Below are positions 9,262-18,056 of a stretch of DNA of 55,418 nucleotides, piece after piece. Below the pieces are notes generated by a model that did not search any database, was not told where the DNA came from, and saw nothing but the letters and a program-made list of their open reading frames with translations. Every line of letters starts with the position of its first letter. The stretch's first letter is position 1. Both the position numbers and the translations under genes were made by a program. The DNA comes from Gammaproteobacteria bacterium (lineage in GTDB: Bacteria; Pseudomonadota; Gammaproteobacteria; Acidiferrobacterales; Sulfurifustaceae): positions 1 to 55,418 of the forward strand of contig JBKHXU010000025.1 of the NCBI GenBank assembly GCA_046565865.1, given 5' to 3'.

Positions 9262-9768
9262 CTATTCCATCTCCAAATCCTCGCGCACGGCGTCGAGCCC
9301 CGCCAAGGCACAGGCCTCGTCGGTGACGCCGGAGGGCGCACCGCTGACGCCGATCCCGCCCATGATGTTGCCGCCGATGTTCACCGGTATGCCGCCGGCG
9401 GAAATCATCAGCGACTCCAGCTTCGGCACGCTATAGGCGCCGGGAAACCGATCGACGAGGCCGCTGGTCGGCGTATTGAACACCATCGCGGTGTACGCCT
9501 TCTTCTTACTAATAGGAATCGCCGGATCCATCGCCAGCGTATCGCGCAGTACCGCCTGCTCGTGCCCGCCGCGATCGACGACGGTGACGACGATCTGCAC
9601 GCCTTCCTCGCGGCACTTCGCGATCGCCGCTTGCGCCATGCGCAGCGCGGTATCCATTGTCAGGCGCTTGATGTTGACCGTCATGGGTTCCGCCGTGGCG
9701 CCCGCCGCTTGGCCGCTCAACAGCATGATTGCCACGGCGCCCGCGATATGGTTGGTTTTTGTCGGCAT
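9262..9768 (-). CDS. GlcG/HbpS-like heme-binding protein (DUF336), secreted
   Basis: Signal peptide. VVDRGGH ... KKKAYTA ... GGIPV..GG...GGIGVSGAP motifs of the GlcG family. Confidence 0.75.
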   Translation of the reverse strand: MPTKTNHIAGAVAIMLLSGQAAGATAEPMTVNIKRLTMDTALRMAQAAIAKCREEGVQIVVTVVDRGGHEQAVLRDTLAMDPAIPISKKKAYTAMVFNTPTSGLVDRFPGAYSVPKLESLMISAGGIPVNIGGNIMGGIGVSGAPSGVTDEACALAGLDAVREDLEME

Positions 9769-9908
9769 ACCTGGTCCTCGGTGATGGTGGATTGTTCTGC
9801 GCTTACGGTAAAGCGATCGACCGCGCGGCGCAACGCCTCAAAGCGCCGCCGATCTCAGGCTTGTTCAACGACGGGAACTCCGTGTATCGTCGCCAGCACT
9901 AACTTGGA

Positions 9909-10364
9909 ATGCTGAATTCCACTGTGCGAATACGTTATTGGTTGTTTGCCGTCTTGTTACTGCCGTTGGTGGAGATCTTCGTGCTGGTGAAGGTGGGGCA
10001 CGCCATTGGCGCGCTCAACACCGTACTGGCGATCGTGTTCGCCGCGATTCTTGGCGTATTCACGATGCGCGTGCAGGGGTTCGCGACCGCGTTCCGCGTG
10101 CGCGCGGCGGTCGCGCGCGGAGAGTTGCCCGGCACGGCGCTGTTGGATGGGCTTTGGTTGCTGCTGGCCGGATTGCTGTTGCTGATCCCCGGTTTCATCA
10201 GCGATGCGATCGCGTTGTTGCTGTTCATACCGGTCGTGCGCCAGACGTTAGGTCGCGTGCTAGTAGGTTCGCTGTCGATGCCAGTAAACCGTACCGGGGC
10301 GCCACAGGGTGATACCAGCGGTCCACGCACGCTCGAAGGCGAGTACAAACGACATGACGACTAG
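9909..10364 (+). CDS. fxsA: FxsA family membrane protein
   Basis: LLLPLVEIFVLVKVGH ... LLLLIPGFISD ... C-terminal GEYKRHDD, co-linear with E. coli FxsA as I remember it. Confidence 0.75.
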   Translation: MLNSTVRIRYWLFAVLLLPLVEIFVLVKVGHAIGALNTVLAIVFAAILGVFTMRVQGFATAFRVRAAVARGELPGTALLDGLWLLLAGLLLLIPGFISDAIALLLFIPVVRQTLGRVLVGSLSMPVNRTGAPQGDTSGPRTLEGEYKRHDD

Positions 10365-10434
10365 CGTTAATCCGGATGGAACGTTAGGGGTGTTCCGGGT
10401 CTAGAATGAGCGACCCCAGAGACAAGGAGCTGGC

Positions 10435-10632
10435 ATGGCCAAGTACAGTCGCAAGGCGTCGGAGAAAGTTAAAAAGGCGATGCACGAACGCAAGCGCGGG
10501 AAGCTGCGCAGCGGGCGTTCGGGTAAGAAGGTCAAAAGCCGCAAGCAGGCGATCGCCATCGGCCTCTCGCAGGCGCGCCGCGCGGGCGCGAAGGTGCCGC
10601 GCAAGAAATCGTCGGCCAAGCGCAAAAAATAG
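10435..10632 (+). CDS. small basic protein, DUF6496-like
   Basis: AAGGAG Shine-Dalgarno. 65 aa, Lys/Arg-rich, with the motif GKLRSGRSGKKVKSRKQAIAIGLSQARRAGAKVP. Confidence 0.6.
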   Translation: MAKYSRKASEKVKKAMHERKRGKLRSGRSGKKVKSRKQAIAIGLSQARRAGAKVPRKKSSAKRKK

Positions 10633-10735
10633 AAGCACCGGGTAATTATCGGTCCGCGCCCGCACGAGCGGCCAATTTCGCGGGATGAGGGCGATAGGCG
10701 GCGGCCGACGGTCGCCTTAGAATGGCACGCGCCCC

Positions 10736-11665
10736 ATGCCCATCGTCGAGAAAGATCCCTGGCGCGAGCAGTATTTCACCGGCGTGCCGTGTCCCGCGCA
10801 TGTCGTGATCCCCACCGACGACACGCTCGCGTGGCAACGCTATCCGGCGCATCGCTGGATCTATAACAAGCTCCTCATCTGCGAGTCGCAAAGCTTGGCG
10901 CACGCGCCACACGACGTGCCGCCCACCGCGTATCCCGTTTTCAGCAAACCGATCTACAACCTGCGCGGCATGGGGACCGGGAGTTGTGTCATCCGCAGCG
11001 CCGCGGAATACGAGCGTGCGTATATCCCCGGCCACTTTTGGATGCCGTTGCTGGACGGCGAGCATGTCAGCAGCGACGTCGTGGTGGTGAACGGCGAGCC
11101 GCAATGGTGGCGGCATACCGTGGGCGTGGCGATGGGCGAGGGCATGTTCGACTACTGGACGATACTCGCCGCGGCGCGTCCGGCGATCGAGGCCCGCTGC
11201 GGCGCCTGGCTGCGCCGGCACCTCGCGGGCTATACCGGTTGCGTCAATCTCGAAACCATCGGCGGCACGATCATCGAGGCGCATCTGCGTTTCGCCGATC
11301 AATGGCCGGACCTTTACGGCGCCGGTTGGGTAGCGGCGGTGGTCGAGCTCTACGCCAGCGGCAAATGGATATATAAGGATAACGATCGCCGCGACGGCTA
11401 CAGCGTCGTCGTATTCGGCCCGCACGCGACGGTCTATCCGCGGGTCGATGCGGCGACGCTGCAGCGGGTTCGCCATGCCGCCGGCGTATCGAGCGTGCAG
11501 ATCACGTTCGACCCCGGTCGGCCGCCGACGGCGCACGCGATGCCGCCGGGCGGATTCCGGCTCGCGGTGATCAACGCCTGGGACCTCGATGCCGGCCGTG
11601 CGGCGCGCGCGCAACTGGTCGAGATGTTCGCGTATGATGCGGGCGATGAAGCCCGCAGCGCCTGA
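10736..11665 (+). CDS. conserved hypothetical protein, possibly ATP-grasp fold
   Basis: 309 aa ORF with protein-like composition. VFSKPIYNLRGMGTG and NLETIGGTIIEAHLRF resemble ATP-grasp nucleotide/Mg motifs. The function call is tentative. Confidence 0.45.
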   Translation: MPIVEKDPWREQYFTGVPCPAHVVIPTDDTLAWQRYPAHRWIYNKLLICESQSLAHAPHDVPPTAYPVFSKPIYNLRGMGTGSCVIRSAAEYERAYIPGHFWMPLLDGEHVSSDVVVVNGEPQWWRHTVGVAMGEGMFDYWTILAAARPAIEARCGAWLRRHLAGYTGCVNLETIGGTIIEAHLRFADQWPDLYGAGWVAAVVELYASGKWIYKDNDRRDGYSVVVFGPHATVYPRVDAATLQRVRHAAGVSSVQITFDPGRPPTAHAMPPGGFRLAVINAWDLDAGRAARAQLVEMFAYDAGDEARSA

Positions 11666-11674
11666 CGGCAGCCT

Positions 11675-11720
11675 GTCATTGCGAGGAGCCGACAGCGACG
11701 AAGCAATCTCGCAATGCTAG
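11675..11720. repeat. palindromic intergenic repeat, copy A (core GTCATTGCGAG...AAGCAATCTC)
   Basis: GTCATTGCGAGGAGCCGACAGCGACGAAGCAATCTCGCAATG. CATTGCGAG pairs with CTCGCAATG (9 bp). 29 of 36 positions match the left arm of copy B by hand alignment. Confidence 0.6.
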
Positions 11721-11751
11721 TCCGGCGCTCACTCGTGGAGCGTCGCGCGCG

Positions 11752-13746
11752 ATGACCGCCGACGTTCTCACCGCCCGCGATGCGCTCGATGCCGGCGGCC
11801 CCCTCGCCGAGCAGATTCCCAACTTCACCCCGCGCCCGACACAGCAGGCGATGGCAGCGGCGATCGAAGAGGTGTTGGCCGAGCGGCGCATCTACATTGC
11901 CGAGTCCGGCACCGGCACTGGCAAGACCTTCGCCTATCTCGTGCCCGCGCTGCTCTCCGGTCGCAAGGTGTTGATCTCGAGCGGTACGCGTAACCTGCAA
12001 GATCAGCTCTACCATCGCGACCTGCCGCTGGTGCGCAAGGCGCTGGCGCTGCCGGTCAGTGTCGCGTTGCTCAAGGGCCGCGCCAATTATCTGTGCCGCT
12101 ATCGGCTGCAGCGCACGGAAAGCGAAGGCCGGTTCGCGAGCCGCGCGGACGCGGCGGATTTTGTGCGGCTGCGCGACTGGGCCGGGCGCACCCGCAGCGG
12201 CGATATCGCCGAGGCCGACGGTGTGGCCGAGGATTCCACGCTCTGGCCGCTCGTGACCTCGACCGCAGACAACTGCTTAGGCGCCGAGTGCCCGAACTAC
12301 GACGAGTGCTTCGTCAATCAGGCGCGGCGCGAGGCGCTCGCCGCCGACGTGCTGGTCGTCAATCATCATTTGTTCTTCGCCGATCTCGCGTTGCGCGAGG
12401 AAGGGTTCGGCCGCTTGCTGCCCGGCGTCGATGCCGTGATTTTCGACGAGGCGCATCAGTTGCCCGATATCGCCTCGCATTTTTTCGGCATGGCACTCAG
12501 CAGTCATCAAGCGGTGGGGTTGGCGCGCGACGCCGTCGTCGAGGAGCTGCGCGAGCACAGTGGCGTGCAAGCGTTGCGGCCGGCGGCGGAGGCATTGGAG
12601 AAGGCGGTCGCGGATATGCGGCTCGCGCTCGGTGCCTCGGTCCGGCGTGAACCGTGGGAGCGTGTCGAAGGCGAGACCGCGTTTCGCACGGCGTTGGAAG
12701 CGTTGCATTCGTGCTTGAGCGAGCTAAACACGGCGCTCGACGCGGCGGCCGCCAAAGGGCAAGGCCTCGCGAGTTGCGCGCGCCGCGCGACCGAGCTGCT
12801 CGACCGGTTGACGCTGATCATCGACGGCCCGCCGTCTGACCACGTGCGTTGGTTCGAAACCGGCGCGCGCAGCTTCAGCCTGCACATGACGCCGCTCGAT
12901 GTCGCGGCGCCGTTTCGCGCGCAAATGCAGGCGTTGAGCGACGAGACGTCCGATCCCAAGGCATGGATTTTTACCTCGGCGACGCTGACCATCGGCGGCG
13001 ACTTCGGACATTTTCAGTCACAGCTCGGGCTGGAGGCCGCCGACACCGATCGCTGGGAGAGCCCGTTCGATTACGCGCGCAATAGCTTGCTGTATGTGCC
13101 GAAACATTTGCCCGAGCCGAGCAGCGCCGACTATACGTCGCGGCTGGTGGACGCCGCGGTGCCGGTGATCGAGGCGAGCCGCGGGCGCGCGTTTTTTCTC
13201 TTCACCAGTCACCGCGCGTTGAAGCAGGCGAGCGAATTGTTGGCGGGCCGCACACGCTACCCCTTGTTGATCCAAGGCAGCCTGCCGCGGGCGCAGTTGT
13301 TGGAACGCTTTCGGGCCGCGGGCGACGCGGTATTGCTCGCGACCGCGAGTTTCTGGGAAGGGGTGGACGTGCGCGGACCGGCGCTGTCGTGCGTCATCAT
13401 CGACAAGCTGCCGTTCGCGGCGCCGGACGATCCGGTGCTGCGCGCCCGCGCCGCGGCGATGGAAGAGGCCGGGCGCAACCCGTTCATGGAATATCAGATA
13501 CCGGCCGCGGTGATCGCCTTGAAGCAGGGCGCCGGGCGGCTCATCCGCGACATTGACGATCGCGGCGTGTTGATGATCGGCGATCCGCGGCTTTACACCA
13601 AAAGTTACGGGCGCGTGTTCCTCGCGAGCCTGCCGCCGATGCCACGCACGCGCGAGCTCGCCGAGGTGCAACGCTTCTTCGCCGACCTCGGCGCGAACGG
13701 GCAGGATATCGCGTCGACGGCCGCGCGCGAAAAAGGAATGGGTTAG
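11752..13746 (+). CDS. ATP-dependent DNA helicase, DinG/YoaA (XPD-like Fe-S) family
   Basis: Walker A AESGTGTGKT, DEAH box VIFDEAHQL, four-Cys cluster (CRY...C..C...C in NCLGAECPNYDEC), C-terminal helicase motifs. Confidence 0.85.
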   Translation: MTADVLTARDALDAGGPLAEQIPNFTPRPTQQAMAAAIEEVLAERRIYIAESGTGTGKTFAYLVPALLSGRKVLISSGTRNLQDQLYHRDLPLVRKALALPVSVALLKGRANYLCRYRLQRTESEGRFASRADAADFVRLRDWAGRTRSGDIAEADGVAEDSTLWPLVTSTADNCLGAECPNYDECFVNQARREALAADVLVVNHHLFFADLALREEGFGRLLPGVDAVIFDEAHQLPDIASHFFGMALSSHQAVGLARDAVVEELREHSGVQALRPAAEALEKAVADMRLALGASVRREPWERVEGETAFRTALEALHSCLSELNTALDAAAAKGQGLASCARRATELLDRLTLIIDGPPSDHVRWFETGARSFSLHMTPLDVAAPFRAQMQALSDETSDPKAWIFTSATLTIGGDFGHFQSQLGLEAADTDRWESPFDYARNSLLYVPKHLPEPSSADYTSRLVDAAVPVIEASRGRAFFLFTSHRALKQASELLAGRTRYPLLIQGSLPRAQLLERFRAAGDAVLLATASFWEGVDVRGPALSCVIIDKLPFAAPDDPVLRARAAAMEEAGRNPFMEYQIPAAVIALKQGAGRLIRDIDDRGVLMIGDPRLYTKSYGRVFLASLPPMPRTRELAEVQRFFADLGANGQDIASTAAREKGMG

Positions 13747-13756
13747 CGGGGCGGTT

Positions 13757-13844
13757 GTCATTGTGAGGAGCCGCAGGCGACAAAGCAATGTTCCAACGCC
13801 TTGATCCTCCGTTACGGAGATTGCTTCGCTTCGCTCGCAATGAC
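13757..13844. repeat. palindromic intergenic repeat, copy B (two inverted arms)
   Basis: Left arm GTCATTGTGAGGAGCCGCAGGCGACAAAGCAATGT. The right arm GAGATTGCTTCGCTTCGCTCGCAATGAC is the reverse complement of GTCATTGCGAGCGAAGCGAAGCAATCTC. The arms can pair into a long hairpin. Confidence 0.65.
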
Positions 13845-13873
13845 ACCGGTGTTGGCACCCTGTTGGGGCCGAG

Positions 13874-14287
13874 ATGCTGGATCGGCAGCGAACGGCCGAT
13901 TATGATCGCCGCATGGAGCCGAATCCCAACCTCCCGCCGCCCGCCGCATCGCCGACGCCCGAACGATCGCTCGTCGTCGTTACCCACGCGGTGTACGCGC
14001 TGCAAGCGGTCGGCTTGTTGGTGCCGATCACGTTCATCGTCGGTGTCGTTATCAACTATATAAAGCGCGACGAGACGGCCGGCTCGTTCCTCGCGTCGCA
14101 TTTCCGCTGGCAGATACGCACGTTCTGGTTCGGTCTGCTGTGGGGGGTTCTCGGCGCGCTGACGTTCATCATCGTCATCGGCTGGTTCATCCTGGTCGCC
14201 GCCGGCATCTGGCTCATCTACCGCATCGCCAAGGGCTGGTTGAATTTGGTTGACGCGAAGCCGATGTACAGCGAGCCGGCGCGCTAA
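13874..14287 (+). CDS. DUF4870-like small membrane protein
   Basis: Pro-rich N-terminus, then 3 TM segments with INYIKRDE...SHFRWQIRTFW. The start may instead be the ATG at 13913. Confidence 0.55.
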   Translation: MLDRQRTADYDRRMEPNPNLPPPAASPTPERSLVVVTHAVYALQAVGLLVPITFIVGVVINYIKRDETAGSFLASHFRWQIRTFWFGLLWGVLGALTFIIVIGWFILVAAGIWLIYRIAKGWLNLVDAKPMYSEPAR

Positions 14288-14301
14288 CACCAAGTCGCCA
14301 C

Positions 14302-14317
14302 TCCCGCGTAAGCGGGA
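14302..14317. terminator. short hairpin between convergent genes
   Basis: TCCCGC-gtaa-GCGGGA between the stops at 14287 (+) and 14325 (-). Only a 6 bp stem. Confidence 0.3.
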
Positions 14318-14324
14318 ATACATA

Positions 14325-17300
14325 CTAGCGCTCGATCGAATACAAAAAATCCGCGCCGGTATAGGTGCCCGATTCCACTTGTAGCGCCCAGTGGGTCGTC
14401 AACTGATAGCGCAGACGCAATACGTTCACCTGCTCGAACAGCCCGATGCTGTAGTTTATGTAGAGCCGCGGCGACAAGTATTTGCCGAGCACCAGCGCCG
14501 CATCTTCCGACGTACTGCCGGACTCGATCCCGACTTCTTCGATGCCGAACCGTGCCGCGAGGCGTTCGGCCAGGCGTTCCCCGCCGACGAGTTTGAGCGC
14601 GGTTGCGGCGTTCGCCAGAGCACGGCCTTGGGCGCCGGATGTCGAGTCCAGCGGCCGGCCGAACAGTAGATAGGAAAGGGTGTCCGACTCGCTCAACGGC
14701 GGATCGGAGAAGAGGCTAAGCTGAGGTGCTTTCAGCGTGCCGCCGATGGCGATGCCGGCGGTGATTTCTTCCACACGCCGCACCGCGCGCGCGTCGATAC
14801 CGGGATTGTCGACCGGGCCGCCGGCGAACAACAGGCGTCCGCGCTCGATTTCGAGCTTGCGGCCGTAGGCCTCGTACTTTCCTTTCTCGATACGCAGCTC
14901 GCCGCGCGCGGTGGTGATGCGGTCGGTGCTGTCCGTCGCCACCAAGCTGCCGACGATGTTTCCGGTCAGACCGAAACCGTCGAATTCGACTTTGTCGCCG
15001 AGTGTGACGCGTATCTCGGTTTCCACCGTCCATCCGCGTTGAGTTTCGATCGGCGTGTCGGCCGCGTTGATGAGCACGATGTCCGGCGACGGCGATATCG
15101 GCGTTTGCGGTTTCTTCGGCGTGAGTTTCGCCTCTGGGATGTCCACGCCGCCTTCCAGCCGCAGCCATCCAGGCCGCGCCGCGATCCGCAACGACGGTGA
15201 CGCGAGCACCCATGCCTGCGAAATGTTCGCGAGTTCGAGGCGTTTTCCGTCGATGCGCATATGAGCGCGCCACGCGGACGCAGCGTCGAACGTCACATCC
15301 CCGGTGAAACTGGCCTCGCCCGGGCCGGACGCGAGTCCGCCGTCGAGGCGCAGCGTGCGCCCGCCGTCGGCGCGCGCACGCAGCATCATTTTGCGCACGC
15401 GGATACCGAGCGCTGCAACGTTGGCCGATGCATCGGCGAGCGTGGCGACACCACGCAGCGTCGGGTTTGCCAGGGTGCCGGCGATCTGGTAGTCGACATC
15501 GAGTTGCCCGCGCGGCAATTCGAGATCCGGCAGAAACATGCCGACGCGCGCAAGGCTCGCCAGCCGTGCGCGCACGCGACCGGTCAGCGGCTGTTCCGCG
15601 CCCGCCGCGGCGCTGGTATTAAAGCGTGGCAAAGCGACGTCCACGTCAAGCGCATCCGCTTGCGCCAGCATGATGTTCAGTTTGGCGCGCAAACCTTGAT
15701 CGTCGAGTTTAAGCGAACCGCTGCCGCGCTCGATGTCGAGCGCCTCGCCACCGGGCGCGCGCGTGACCGCGGCGGCGACGAACGTAAAGCTTGCGTTGGC
15801 GGCGATCGGACGTTTGGCATCGAAACGGGCGTCCGCTTCGGTTTCGAGGGTGCCGTGCAGTTGCAGCGACGCAGGCAGCAGCGGATTGAACCATGCAAGC
15901 GGCAACGCCCGCGCCTGCAAGCGGGCGCGACCGGGGCCGGTTGCAGACCACTCGATTTCACCGCATGCACGGCCGGTGTCGCTTGCTTCCAGGCAGAGCG
16001 GGCCGACGCCGAATCCATCGGCGGTGATACGCAGCGGCGCCGCCTGCGGCAGCGACCACGTGCCGTAGTCGGCGGCGAGCGATGTGCTGACGACGCGACC
16101 GTGCCATGCCCGTTCGGCGTACGCGCCGCGGAAATCGGCGGCGAGCGTGGTCTCCGGTGTGCTCATCCGCAACATCAAGCGGTGATCGTTGACCATACCG
16201 TGGCCCGTTAAATGAATGCGTTCAACGATTCGCGGGCCGAATCGGATCGCGTGCGCGCTGATGTCGACATTCGACGGCGCGCGGTTAGCGAGGTCCAGAC
16301 GAAGCGTCGCCTTGATATTCTTTACCTCGGTCCGCGCGTAGCGCGCGCGGGCGGCATCCAACGTGATGTCCACGCGCGGCGTCGCGCGCGCGCCGTTCAA
16401 GCGCGCGCGCGCCTGCACGCTGCCGCTCGCCGCCGGCACGAACGTGGCGAGGTTGGGGATGTTCGCCTGTAGTGCCAGGTTCCAATCGCGCGCGATGCTG
16501 CCGTTCGCCCGGAATTCAGCGGCGCCGATGCGCAGTACTGCGGCGGCGATCTCATGGCGCGCGCCGGTTGTTGTCCAGCGCGCGTTACCGGCGACGTTCT
16601 GGCGGCGCAGCGTTCCGCCCAGGTGCGTCAACGCGATTTCGTTGCGCACACGCGCGCGGCTTGTGGTGCCGCGCACGCGCGCGTCGAAGGCAAGCCGTCC
16701 GGCCCACTCCGACCAGTGTGCGCCGGGATTCAAGTTGTCACCGTGCACGCGCAGGTGCCAGCGCCACGGATCGCGCTCGATTGTGCCTTGCGCGGCAACG
16801 GCGCCGGCGAGCGTATCCAGTACCAACGTCTCAATGCGGACGGTGTTCGCGTCGCCATGCAACGCAAGCTTCAATTGGTTCGGAGGTAGCGCGTTGCCGG
16901 CGAACGACGCCTGCGCTTGCAGTCGATAGTCGGCGAATGTGCCCTCAAGGCGCGCATCTCCTTCCGATGTGATTGGGATCGCGGCGAGTCCCGGCCAACG
17001 CCACGCGTGCCAGTCGAGTTGCAGCGCCGACGGTGCGGGCGTGTCGCCGAATGTATACCGGCCGCTGGCGCGCAGACGGCCGTCGCCATCGGGCCGGCGC
17101 GCCTCGAACTTAGTTAGCGTGATAGCGTTTTGGTGTCGCCGCGCCTGCGCCTCGACATGAAATCGTTCCGATTGATAGTCGAGCAGGAGCTTGGCATCGG
17201 TCAGGAAGTCCGCCGCCGTCCCGTGCGCCTCGATCTGGCCGGCGACGCCGATGGCGGGCCAGCTCGAAACGACACGGTCGAGCGCCGTAGCCGGTATTGA

Positions 17301-18056
17301 GGCGCGTAGCCGGAAGCGTGGATCGGCCTGTCGCAGATCGATATCCGTTTCTGCGGTGACGGCCGTCGGCGCCGTGAGCCGCTGAACCGCGCGCAATTGC
17401 TGCAGCGTGCCGGTCAGTGTGCCGTTGCCAGCAACTTCGGGAAGGTTGGGCAGTTGGATACGCCAGTCGAGCTGTATCCCGTCATCGGTGTCGAGCGCGC
17501 CCTGCGCGGTCAATGCGAAGCGGGGAGATACAACGTGAAGTTGGGATATTTCGAGATCGTGCGCGTCGGCGGCAAGGGCGATCTGGGCGGAATCGATCGT
17601 GACCCACTCGGTATCGCCGCGGCGCAGCGTCAGGTTGTGTAATGTGCCGTCGTCGATACGAATCGCCATCGGCACGCGCCATGGCGCGCGCTGACGCGGC
17701 GGAGCGTCGGTCAGTTGGATAGTTATGCCGGCGACGCTTGCAGTGGTGATATGCAGTCGCCCGCGTAACAGCGCCCACGGTCGCCAATCGAGATGGATTT
17801 TCCCGATGCTCAGCGTTGACGTCTCGGTGCGGTACGAAAGTTCCTCGATCGCGATCGGCCCCATCAGGCGTCCGCTGACGGCGGCGAACCGGATCTCGCC
17901 CGCGGCGCGCGCTTGCACTTGCGCGACGACCCAGCGAAACGCCGACTCGCTCGTCAGCAGCCAGCCGATGGCCGCGCCGATGCCGAGCAAGAACAGCAGC
18001 AGCGTAACGAACAGCGTGCGTCGGCGCATACGCGCGCTAGAGGTCGGGGCCGACAT
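14325..18056 (-). CDS. tamB: translocation and assembly module protein TamB (DUF490)
   Basis: 1243 aa. N-terminal signal-anchor, long beta-rich repetitive body. The C-terminal LGKYLSPRLYINYSIGLFE...LRLRYQL is the conserved TamB/DUF490 end. Immediately follows tamA. Confidence 0.85.
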   Translation of the reverse strand: MSAPTSSARMRRRTLFVTLLLFLLGIGAAIGWLLTSESAFRWVVAQVQARAAGEIRFAAVSGRLMGPIAIEELSYRTETSTLSIGKIHLDWRPWALLRGRLHITTASVAGITIQLTDAPPRQRAPWRVPMAIRIDDGTLHNLTLRRGDTEWVTIDSAQIALAADAHDLEISQLHVVSPRFALTAQGALDTDDGIQLDWRIQLPNLPEVAGNGTLTGTLQQLRAVQRLTAPTAVTAETDIDLRQADPRFRLRASIPATALDRVVSSWPAIGVAGQIEAHGTAADFLTDAKLLLDYQSERFHVEAQARRHQNAITLTKFEARRPDGDGRLRASGRYTFGDTPAPSALQLDWHAWRWPGLAAIPITSEGDARLEGTFADYRLQAQASFAGNALPPNQLKLALHGDANTVRIETLVLDTLAGAVAAQGTIERDPWRWHLRVHGDNLNPGAHWSEWAGRLAFDARVRGTTSRARVRNEIALTHLGGTLRRQNVAGNARWTTTGARHEIAAAVLRIGAAEFRANGSIARDWNLALQANIPNLATFVPAASGSVQARARLNGARATPRVDITLDAARARYARTEVKNIKATLRLDLANRAPSNVDISAHAIRFGPRIVERIHLTGHGMVNDHRLMLRMSTPETTLAADFRGAYAERAWHGRVVSTSLAADYGTWSLPQAAPLRITADGFGVGPLCLEASDTGRACGEIEWSATGPGRARLQARALPLAWFNPLLPASLQLHGTLETEADARFDAKRPIAANASFTFVAAAVTRAPGGEALDIERGSGSLKLDDQGLRAKLNIMLAQADALDVDVALPRFNTSAAAGAEQPLTGRVRARLASLARVGMFLPDLELPRGQLDVDYQIAGTLANPTLRGVATLADASANVAALGIRVRKMMLRARADGGRTLRLDGGLASGPGEASFTGDVTFDAASAWRAHMRIDGKRLELANISQAWVLASPSLRIAARPGWLRLEGGVDIPEAKLTPKKPQTPISPSPDIVLINAADTPIETQRGWTVETEIRVTLGDKVEFDGFGLTGNIVGSLVATDSTDRITTARGELRIEKGKYEAYGRKLEIERGRLLFAGGPVDNPGIDARAVRRVEEITAGIAIGGTLKAPQLSLFSDPPLSESDTLSYLLFGRPLDSTSGAQGRALANAATALKLVGGERLAERLAARFGIEEVGIESGSTSEDAALVLGKYLSPRLYINYSIGLFEQVNVLRLRYQLTTHWALQVESGTYTGADFLYSIER

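Noticed and set aside
10646-11614. 322 aa minus-strand ORF competing with the 309 aa plus-strand ORF.
   Set aside because: The minus-strand product is Arg/Ala/Pro-rich and featureless. The plus-strand product has balanced composition (W, Y, F, K, N present) and ATP-grasp-like motifs.
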